DNA of 32,000 nt from Candidatus Saccharimonadota bacterium (GTDB taxonomy: Bacteria; Patescibacteriota; Saccharimonadia; Saccharimonadales; UBA4665): the NCBI GenBank assembly GCA_016700375.1, contig CP065016.1, forward strand, positions 1,080,001 to 1,112,000. The letters are read 5' to 3'. Shown here one piece after another: positions 1-7,398 of this stretch. How positions within the stretch are numbered: position 1 is the stretch's first letter; each line of letters opens with the position of its first letter. The notes beneath the pieces were generated by a model. The model saw nothing but the letters and a program-made list of their open reading frames with translations. It was not told the DNA's origin and searched no databases. The position numbers and the translations under genes were made by a program.

Positions 1-148
1 CAGGCCTCCTTATCGCGGCAATCCCTGTGTTTCGGCTGTTCCATAGGCACAATGTGTATTATGTTCGTCGTTAAGTCTGCGGTGTTTGCAAATAACATGC
101 TCGTACGTGCAGGTTATTTGCAAGGTATGGCCGAAATAGGGGGCGGGT

Positions 149-157
149 TGGTATACT
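149..157 (+). promoter_or_regulatory. Extended -10 promoter element TGgTATACT for alaS
   Basis: TG at 149-150 and TATACT at 152-157. A 7-nt gap (acagcgt) with no SD precedes ATG at 165, which is leaderless geometry. Confidence 0.5.
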
Positions 158-164
158 ACAGCGT

Positions 165-2117
165 ATGAATGCACAAGATATACGTAAGGCGTACTTGCAC
201 TATTTTGCTCAGCGTGGCCACGTGGTCATTCCGCGGGCACGGCTAGTGCCCGATAACGACCCGACCACACTCTTTACGGGCAGTGGTATGCAGCCGCTAC
301 TGCCGTACTTGCTAGGCGAGGCTCACCCGAAAGGCAACCGGTTGGTTGACAGCCAAACCTGTTTGCGTGCCCAAGACATCGAAGAAGTTGGCGATAACCG
401 CCACACAACGTTTTTTGAGATGCTTGGCAACTGGAGTCTTGGTGATTACTTCAAGGCCGAGCAGCTGCCTTGGTTCTGGGAGTTTTTGACGGACGTGGTC
501 GGGCTCGACCCCCAGAAGCTATATGTCACCGCGTTCATTGGCGACAGCGCAAACAATATACCAAAAGACACCGAATCGGCCGAAATCTGGCAAAAACTAT
601 TCAAGACAAAAGGCATTGAAGCCAAAGCTGTCGACATAGGCTCGGAGGCAGATGGCTACACCAAAGGCATGCAGAGCGGTCGAATTTTCTTCTACGATGC
701 GAGCAAAAACTGGTGGTGCCGTGCTGGTAAAATTGCCGACATGCCTGCGGGCGAACCAGGTGGCCCCGACAGCGAAGTATTTTACGAATTTGATTTTATA
801 CAGCACGACCCAAAATGGGGTGAACACTGTCACCCGAACTGCGACTGTGGCCGTTTTATGGAGATAGGTAACTCAGTGTTTATGGAGTATGTGCGTACCG
901 AAGCTGGCTTCGAGAAGTTGCCAGCACAAAACGTCGACTTTGGCGCTGGCCTTGAGCGCATCGCGGCCGCGCAGCTCAACTCGCCTGATATGTTCAAAAT
1001 ATCTGTCATTTGGCCGATTATAGAAAAGCTAGAGACAATCAGCGGCAAGACGTACGATAGCCACACCGAAAGCATGCGTGTGATTGCCGACCACCTCCGT
1101 GCCGCTACCTTCTTGGCGGTCGATGGTGTGACGCCGAGCAATAAAGAGCAGGGCTACGTTATGCGCCGTCTGCTGCGCCGTGCCATTCGCTTTGCCTTTG
1201 ACCTTGGTATAGAGCAAAACTTCCTTGAAGCAGTTGTGCCAGTGATTGCAGATATTTATGAAGTGGATTTTCCCGAAGTTCGTGAAAACCGTGAAAACGT
1301 TATTGCCATCCTTGTGAAAGAAGAAAAAACCTTTCGCCAAACCCTCCGAAACGGACTAAAACATTTAAAATTGATTGCAAGTACCAAAGAAGCACCCATT
1401 AGTTCACTCCCAAGTGTAGAACAATCTGAACTTACATATATAAAGCTGGAGGGAAGACATATATTTGAACTGTACGACACGTATGGTTTCCCGGTTGAAC
1501 TGAGTGTTGAGGAAGCATTTAAACAGGGAATTGAAGTAGATGAAGGTTGGCGTGAACAATTTGATACCAGGATGCAAGAACAGCGTCAGCGAAGCCAAAC
1601 GGCCGCAAAAGGTACGTTCAAAGGCGGGCTAGGTGGACACACTATGCAGCACAAACGCTACCACACCGGTACGCATTTGCTACAAAGTGCCCTACGCGAA
1701 ATTTTTGGGCCAGAACTGCGCCAGCACGGCAGCAATATCACCGAAGAACGGTTGCGGTTTGACTTTAACCTCGACCGCAAAATGACCCCAGAAGAAATCA
1801 AACGCGCCGAAGACCTCGTAAACCAGTGGATCGCCGAAGACCACCCCGTGAAATTTACCGAGTACCCAACCCAAGAGGCGCTCGATATGGGAGCAATCGG
1901 CCCCTTTGGCGAACGCTACGGTGATACGGTTAAGGTGTACCAAATGGGTACAGACGACCACATAGTTTCACTCGAAATCTGCGGTGGCCCGCACGTTGAC
2001 CACACCGGCCAGCTTGCTACCGATGACGACGGCAAACCAAACGGTAAACACTACAAAATCCTCAAAGAAGAAGCCAGCTCCGCCGGCATCAGAAGAATTA
2101 AAGCGGCGATGGTATAG
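165..2117 (+). CDS. alaS: Alanine--tRNA ligase, short form with catalytic, tRNA-recognition and editing domains but no C-Ala domain
   Basis: The N-terminus (MNAQDIRKAYLHYFAQRGH..., FTGSGMQP, GNWSLGDYFK) is typical class II AlaRS. The editing-domain zinc motifs HTGTHLL and CGGPHV are present. The protein ends about 40 aa after CGGPHV. Confidence 0.95.
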   Translation: MNAQDIRKAYLHYFAQRGHVVIPRARLVPDNDPTTLFTGSGMQPLLPYLLGEAHPKGNRLVDSQTCLRAQDIEEVGDNRHTTFFEMLGNWSLGDYFKAEQLPWFWEFLTDVVGLDPQKLYVTAFIGDSANNIPKDTESAEIWQKLFKTKGIEAKAVDIGSEADGYTKGMQSGRIFFYDASKNWWCRAGKIADMPAGEPGGPDSEVFYEFDFIQHDPKWGEHCHPNCDCGRFMEIGNSVFMEYVRTEAGFEKLPAQNVDFGAGLERIAAAQLNSPDMFKISVIWPIIEKLETISGKTYDSHTESMRVIADHLRAATFLAVDGVTPSNKEQGYVMRRLLRRAIRFAFDLGIEQNFLEAVVPVIADIYEVDFPEVRENRENVIAILVKEEKTFRQTLRNGLKHLKLIASTKEAPISSLPSVEQSELTYIKLEGRHIFELYDTYGFPVELSVEEAFKQGIEVDEGWREQFDTRMQEQRQRSQTAAKGTFKGGLGGHTMQHKRYHTGTHLLQSALREIFGPELRQHGSNITEERLRFDFNLDRKMTPEEIKRAEDLVNQWIAEDHPVKFTEYPTQEALDMGAIGPFGERYGDTVKVYQMGTDDHIVSLEICGGPHVDHTGQLATDDDGKPNGKHYKILKEEASSAGIRRIKAAMV

Positions 2118-2140
2118 CCTACGACGGTATAGCCTACGAC
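2111..2140. repeat. Perfect 15-bp tandem duplication (ggtatagcctacgac x2) spanning the alaS stop codon
   Basis: 2111-2125 equals 2126-2140 exactly. Each unit contains an in-frame GTA TAG. Confidence 0.9.
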
Positions 2141-2351
2141 GACCCTTCGCTCGCGCCTACAGACAGAGACCTTTGGACTCTTCTGGCGTAACGGCCGCTA
2201 TGGTCTGACCGAGAGTCAAACTTTCCGACAGTAGATATCCTTAACCACCAATTACCTTGAATAAACTATAATTTAATATTGAAAAACGTGCACGAATAAC
2301 GTATTGTATATTTTATAATGTTGAATTCTTATCTTATATGAGGAGAGTCAA

Positions 2352-3164
2352 ATGATTTCATTTTCCAATCGTGATCCAGCGCTCACACAGCCCAAGATTG
2401 TCCGCCCCTATGAAAGTCTTCCCTTCGTTGATGCATCCGAGGAAATAATAGTAGATGGTCCAATTGCTACAGCTCTGTCAGTACATACTCAGACTACGGC
2501 AGATTCAGTTCCTGGGGAGATTTTATCTATTCGGACGGGAGAGGGTGTTGTATTCGGCCGAACATACCAAATAGGAATAAGAGCGGCTTTTATCGGTCAG
2601 AAAGTAGATTTAACACCGGTGGATGACAAATTTGACCCTACACTCGACTTACGGCGAAGCATAGATGCGAGAAAAACTGGCGAATGGTTTGAACATGTCT
2701 ATCCTTTCGGAGAAGCCGACCCTGAGAAAATCGCTGGTAAGCTCCAGCCGTTGGCCGATTTCGCAAAGAGTAGCGGGACTTTCTTCGTAGCGGCATGTAT
2801 AGACGGTGCGTGTGTTGTCATGCCTGCCGTACGCGATAAGTCATGGTGGTCGCAAGGAGTTTCCAAGCGTTACGCAGCATATGCAAACGCCACTGATGGC
2901 AACGGACAGCTCGCTACTCAGGCGATGATACTGATTGATCCGGGTGAGGAGAGCGGATACACCGACTCTCAAGAAATAGGAGTCATGGACAAAGATATCC
3001 CCCGAGGCCAGCTTGCTATAGATATTGATGCTGGCGGAGTTGTCGTAGAAACAGTCGAAAGCGGCTTCGACAGAACTGGTGGCGCACGCGTAATAGCACG
3101 GACAGTACGGCCGACAGTCTATTACGATTACCTAACCGGTGACAATGCGACGGTAATGCGATAG
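2352..3164 (+). CDS. Hypothetical protein, 270 aa, no recognisable motif
   Basis: Clean ORF with SD AGGAGAG at 2341-2347. It is preceded by a roughly 130-bp AT-rich region containing promoter-like TTGAAA/TATAAT strings. I could read no family signature. Confidence 0.6.
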   Translation: MISFSNRDPALTQPKIVRPYESLPFVDASEEIIVDGPIATALSVHTQTTADSVPGEILSIRTGEGVVFGRTYQIGIRAAFIGQKVDLTPVDDKFDPTLDLRRSIDARKTGEWFEHVYPFGEADPEKIAGKLQPLADFAKSSGTFFVAACIDGACVVMPAVRDKSWWSQGVSKRYAAYANATDGNGQLATQAMILIDPGEESGYTDSQEIGVMDKDIPRGQLAIDIDAGGVVVETVESGFDRTGGARVIARTVRPTVYYDYLTGDNATVMR

Positions 3165-3295
3165 AATTTCTGTTTTGTTTCACTCAGTAAGTTAAATATG
3201 CATGAGCTTGCCAAGATGATTTGACCCCGCAGTTTCAAATCGCGCCAGGCATTATTTACCCGTGCGCGTATCACTTATTAGGGAAACTATGCTAG

Positions 3296-6200
3296 CTACG
3301 GACCGCGCTTCAGCGCATGTATGAAAGCTCTCTTTTCCGTGATGCCGGCAGAGTCATCGTACGAATAAGGCGCTGTTGTGGGGTACAGCAGTGCCGAGGT
3401 AAACTTCGCGCCTGACCATAATGTCTTCGCGGCACGTCTCATCTCAGTCTGGAATCCGGCCGACAAGACAAACAGAGGCATATCCATGCCTTTTGCATAA
3501 TTCTCAGCTGTGGTGATGGCGTTCATGACCATTTCTCGTTTCCAGTACGGGTCAGGGTGCATCGCGTATAACGGTTCCAGCACCAAGACCGGTTTCATGC
3601 GATCGTCCTGCGCGATTCTCATGACCGCATTGCCTATGACGTTCCCGCCGCTGTTGCGCATAATCATCATCTTCGCGTCTGCCGAGAGCAGGCCGCCAGC
3701 GCCATGTTGGTTCGATCCATACGCATAATGCAGGCAGTTACTTATGGGCTGTACGCCGGCCAAATACACCGCTTCCAATGCGTGTGTCAGGGTGATAGTA
3801 GAGGCATCGCTGGCCAGTTTGAAAGCTTCGGTATGGTCTTTTTTCCATATTTCTAGTGCGGATTCCGGTATATCTGTAAGGTTATTGCCCTTCGGATGCC
3901 TGAACTTCCAGGCGTTAATATCATTGCCATCTCCTATGAAACCCATCATCTCACCGAAGTAATTCTGGAGCTTTCCGCTTCGGCTTGAGGTGTGCAGCCA
4001 CATGGCATATTTTATGAGATCTATACCGTCCGCGCGCAGATAGCTTATCGCATTCGTTGCCCGCTGGTCGTATACGCCCAGCCGTTCCAGTGCAAGGCGG
4101 CAGGTTCCTTCTGAGCGTTCCTCTGGCGTGAGCGCCGCGAGCAGTTTCATCTCGGTTTGACCGGTAAGCTCCCGGTATAGGACCATTGTCTCTAGCGCCG
4201 CCAACTCATTCTTTTCAGTGCTTTTGCCCCGCAGTACCGGGAGCGTCGCCGTGACGTCAGTACAGTCCCGCAACCTGTCGCACAAATCATAGAAGTAAGA
4301 ATAATGCAGCAGGATGTTACGCCGCCTACCCTCAATGCTTTCCGGTGCGAATGGCATGGCTGATACTCGTTCGCTGAGGACTTCATCACTGAATGTCTTC
4401 GCCCGTAATCGTCGGATCATGCCGCCATGGGCTTTCGGTGCGACTTTTCGCAAGGGGTCTTCGTAAGGCGTCTGGGCGAGCACTCGGCTCTCGATGCTCT
4501 GTTTGAAGTACCGCTCCATGTAGGATCTTTGGGATTCCAGGCTCATGAGTGCTGGGTTGGCCGTAAACCTGTCGAAGACGTATTGTCTATGGTGGTCGGT
4601 CATGTAAGGCCATATGGCCCACAGCGTATCGACAAGATGCTCAGTGGCAAGCTTGTTGAATATGCCGGATACACTTCGCTCGATTTCCTCCGGCGTCATT
4701 TTATGGGCAATTTTGCGAAGGCTGCACGCCCCCATGTATACGTCAAAGTATTCAGGACTTTCCAAGAGTGTCCTGACGTATGCATCCTCAGTATCAAGTA
4801 AAGTATTTTTCAGCTTGCTCGTGTCTGGTAACTGTGTGAGCATAGTTTTGGTCAATTTGCTGCCGAAGAAGTTATAGCAGAGGTTAATCACGATTTGCTG
4901 GGCCCAGTTTTCGTCATCTTCATCCATGCCTGAGAGACGTTCGGTGAGCATCTGGACGCATTCTTCAGTGGTGAGAGCCGGTTTGTCCGCTTCAAGCACA
5001 TCGCGGATAGTATAGGCCATATTATAAAGAGAACTGCTATTCAGCACTTTCCTCCTGATGCTTTCCACTATGGAATCCTCCTCGCCTACAATGGAAGCGA
5101 GCAAATCCCATGTATCTGTCGGTACGTTATCTTTCGATTCATTCCAAAGGGTCATGACGACTTTTTTCAGGCGTTCTTCTTCCCCCTCATAAAGCTTCGC
5201 AAGTTTATCCAAATGATAGAGAAGATAGTCCTCTTTCCTAAGCGCAGCCAGCTCTATAACACTACGGGCGAACTCGGTATCGTCGGGAGATATTTCAAGG
5301 GCGGAATAAACCTTCAGCTCCCTAGGGTGTTTTTCGCCTTCAGGTATTTCAAGCAAGGCATCATGTATCTTTTGGAGCGTTTCGTGGTCAGCGCTATAAA
5401 CGCGTGCTTCCCAGCTTGACTTCGTATGTTCGATGCCGTTTTGCGCGTCAGTAAGTTCTTTTTGAAAGGCTTTCAGCGTGTCGGTGCCGTGTAATTCGTC
5501 ATAATCCGTGCATAACCGTTGGATCGCAGCTGAAAGCACTGGGTCGTCTTTGGATAAATATGCGAAGATTCGTTCATGTGATCGCGAGTGCCTCTTCAGC
5601 TCCAGTTTCAGATCTGCTTTCACTGCGGCAAGTACAGCTTCCTCCTTTGATCTGCCGGAGAATCCTTGTAGGTCAAACAAAAGGCGTGTCCCGATTGCTT
5701 CATGTTGGACTTGTGGGGCATATACGCTGCTCCCTAGTGTCGACAAGCCTGTTTCGATACGACCGTCCAGATTCGCCAAAATCTCCTCTACGCTGATGAT
5801 GCCGGCGGCAATCGTTTCTTTGAGATTGTCCATGGCGCGGTGGTTGCGCCCTGTGTAGTCATTGTCTTTGCGGACCGGTGGACATAAAACCGCTTTAGCC
5901 CCTAATGAGCCCCAGAAGTAGGCGTTACGGTTCATATTGTCCAACAAACGGCCGCGCTTTTCCAAAGGGGGAAGGGCATTGGTTTCACGCAAAGCGGCGA
6001 GCATGGATACCACCGGGATGTTATCCTGAAGCGTTAGGACTTGGTTGGCTGCCTCGGCGGCGACGTGCTTAGGCGCTGTAACAGCGAATTCATCGAAGAA
6101 TTCCGACATCAAGACCTCATTGGCCGCGGCAGCCCTGCATACCTCCTCGTTCTCTTCCTCGTTCAAGACGCCGGCGAACATGCCAGGGTGATGTATGATA

Positions 6201-6487
6201 CGCTCGGGTTTTTCATAGGCAGATTTCTTCAGGAATCCTTTGTATTCAGGTTCAAGAGCGTGCAGCGCGGTAATGACTTCATCGTAGTAACCGAGTGACT
6301 GCTCGCGGAGGAAGAAGCGCATGTGTCCGTCAGGAGCGACCTCTTGGAAATCCATTCTAGCGGAAAGTTTCGGATTGTATGTCCCCATCCTTTGTAAGGC
6401 AAGTAAGGAAGGCTCATTTATCATCGCTTCTATCTCGGCATGACAGAACTCAGGACGAACCAGCGTTTGGCACGTTTCAGCACTCAT
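3296..6487 (-). CDS. Large orphan protein, about 1063 aa (ORF opens at 6562, likely start ATG 6487), predominantly helical-looking, no recognisable catalytic motif
   Basis: Uninterrupted 3.2-kb ORF. The first 25 codons of the track ORF lie in AT-rich promoter DNA. A consensus promoter (TTGCAA-17-TATAAT) ends 10 nt upstream of ATG 6487 (MSAETCQ...). I found no Walker A, HExxH or nuclease motif by eye. Confidence 0.8.
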   Translation of the reverse strand: MSAETCQTLVRPEFCHAEIEAMINEPSLLALQRMGTYNPKLSARMDFQEVAPDGHMRFFLREQSLGYYDEVITALHALEPEYKGFLKKSAYEKPERIIHHPGMFAGVLNEEENEEVCRAAAANEVLMSEFFDEFAVTAPKHVAAEAANQVLTLQDNIPVVSMLAALRETNALPPLEKRGRLLDNMNRNAYFWGSLGAKAVLCPPVRKDNDYTGRNHRAMDNLKETIAAGIISVEEILANLDGRIETGLSTLGSSVYAPQVQHEAIGTRLLFDLQGFSGRSKEEAVLAAVKADLKLELKRHSRSHERIFAYLSKDDPVLSAAIQRLCTDYDELHGTDTLKAFQKELTDAQNGIEHTKSSWEARVYSADHETLQKIHDALLEIPEGEKHPRELKVYSALEISPDDTEFARSVIELAALRKEDYLLYHLDKLAKLYEGEEERLKKVVMTLWNESKDNVPTDTWDLLASIVGEEDSIVESIRRKVLNSSSLYNMAYTIRDVLEADKPALTTEECVQMLTERLSGMDEDDENWAQQIVINLCYNFFGSKLTKTMLTQLPDTSKLKNTLLDTEDAYVRTLLESPEYFDVYMGACSLRKIAHKMTPEEIERSVSGIFNKLATEHLVDTLWAIWPYMTDHHRQYVFDRFTANPALMSLESQRSYMERYFKQSIESRVLAQTPYEDPLRKVAPKAHGGMIRRLRAKTFSDEVLSERVSAMPFAPESIEGRRRNILLHYSYFYDLCDRLRDCTDVTATLPVLRGKSTEKNELAALETMVLYRELTGQTEMKLLAALTPEERSEGTCRLALERLGVYDQRATNAISYLRADGIDLIKYAMWLHTSSRSGKLQNYFGEMMGFIGDGNDINAWKFRHPKGNNLTDIPESALEIWKKDHTEAFKLASDASTITLTHALEAVYLAGVQPISNCLHYAYGSNQHGAGGLLSADAKMMIMRNSGGNVIGNAVMRIAQDDRMKPVLVLEPLYAMHPDPYWKREMVMNAITTAENYAKGMDMPLFVLSAGFQTEMRRAAKTLWSGAKFTSALLYPTTAPYSYDDSAGITEKRAFIHALKRGP

Positions 6488-6572
6488 AATGCAATGAATT
6501 ATACTACTTATAAAATAATATTGCAATTTTCTAATTAATATAGAATAGAATTGCAATACCATTTATTACAAT
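6488..6572. promoter_or_regulatory. Phased palindromic boxes ATTGCAAT (candidate operator array)
   Basis: AATGCAAT at 6488-6495, ATTGCAAT at 6520-6527 and ATTGCAAT at 6550-6557, with a variant ATTACAAT at 6565-6572. The first three are spaced 32 and 30 bp apart and overlap the start region, the -35 and the upstream DNA. Confidence 0.4.
6498..6526 (-). promoter_or_regulatory. Near-consensus sigma70-type promoter of the large orphan gene
   Basis: Minus strand reads TTGCAA (6526-6521), a 17-nt spacer, TATAAT (6503-6498), then 10 nt to ATG 6487. Confidence 0.6.
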
Positions 6573-6818
6573 GTAGTTACTTATAAATTAGTAAGACACG
6601 AGTTTCGCACTCTACCGCTCATGTGCATTTTCTCCTCGCAGCACGGAACGAACCGTACTGGGGTACGGTGAAGTGAGTACTACAGAGGAAAAATGTGCAG
6701 GAGCCAAAGAAGCCGGCGGAGTCAGATGTTCCGCATCTGAGCAGGCTGGCTGGTGTGAAATCCGTGTACGAAAGGAATTGTGATGTTTAGAGAAGTATAA
6801 AGCGGTAGGCGACACGCC

Positions 6819-7142
6819 TTGTTGCCCGAAGAACTCGATGTTTATCGTATTGGTCACATGGAGGTTGACGATGTCCGTTTTGCCAGGCCGTATGCCATGC
6901 GAGTTGATATGGAGCGACGACTGTGGCTAGACGCCACCCATCCGACCAGTCCCGAAGAGGCGGAGCACATGCCACTAATGATTACGCGCACACTCGAAGG
7001 GTTTTGCGTGACAGTCCAAAATCATCCGGAAGCGGGCTGGAATTTGGAAGGTGCTGAAGAGCTAGAGACCAATTACGGTGAAGACGTTGAGTACATTCCG
7101 GTGGCACGCTTGTTTGATCCTAAGGCACACAAACGTCTATAA
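6819..7142 (+). CDS. Possible small acidic hypothetical protein (107 aa from TTG 6819, or 94 aa from ATG 6858)
   Basis: The ORF has coding-looking composition and is divergent from the orphan gene. It has no convincing SD or -10 box. Confidence 0.3.
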   Translation: MLPEELDVYRIGHMEVDDVRFARPYAMRVDMERRLWLDATHPTSPEEAEHMPLMITRTLEGFCVTVQNHPEAGWNLEGAEELETNYGEDVEYIPVARLFDPKAHKRL

Positions 7143-7242
7143 AGACTTCTCATCTGGAAGGCTATCCATTTCTGGTTTAAATGTGCTCGCACAGATGGCT
7201 CCGCTCCTTAGATGAGCAAAACGTTACTGCGAGCACTGCATC

Positions 7243-7368
7243 CTGACCCACACTCACTTTTTACTCCTGTGTCATCCCGACCGGAGTGGAGGGATCTCGT
7301 TAGGCGTACATCAGACGGGATCTTTCGGCTTCGCTCAAGATGACATTCAAAAAGTGAGTGTGGGTCAG
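7243..7368 (+). mobile_element. MITE-like repeat, copy A (126 bp)
   Basis: Perfect 20-bp terminal inverted repeats: ctgacccacactcacttttt (7243-7262) and aaaaagtgagtgtgggtcag (7349-7368). It is near-identical to 12056-12204. The flanking 9-mers cactgcatc and cgctccatc match at 7 of 9 positions. Confidence 0.7.
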
Positions 7369-7380
7369 CGCTCCATCTTA

Positions 7381-7389
7381 TGGTAAAAT
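7381..7389 (+). promoter_or_regulatory. Extended -10 element TGgTAAAAT for the ftsA-like operon
   Basis: It lies 13 bp downstream of MITE copy A, with a 9-nt gap and no SD before ATG 7399. Confidence 0.5.
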
Positions 7390-7398
7390 GGAAACCAT

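Noticed and set aside
1-164. A T-box leader upstream of alaS
   Set aside because: Only 164 nt are available and the -10 box is 7 nt from the ATG, which leaves no room for a leader. I saw no specifier or T-box sequence.
2203-2211. The string ggtctgacc matches the left edge of MITE copy B, suggesting a possible third, degraded copy
   Set aside because: Only 9 nt match, with no TIR continuation or partner arm, so this is compatible with chance.
6488-6562. N-terminal extensions in the ORF track (orphan gene 6562, ABC gene 26478, mltG 10949, trhO 30528, ABC gene 29972, PGPGW 17088)
   Set aside because: The extensions run through promoter or AT-rich DNA or through the upstream gene. Downstream ATGs have either an SD at correct spacing or the recurrent -10 plus 6-10 nt geometry.
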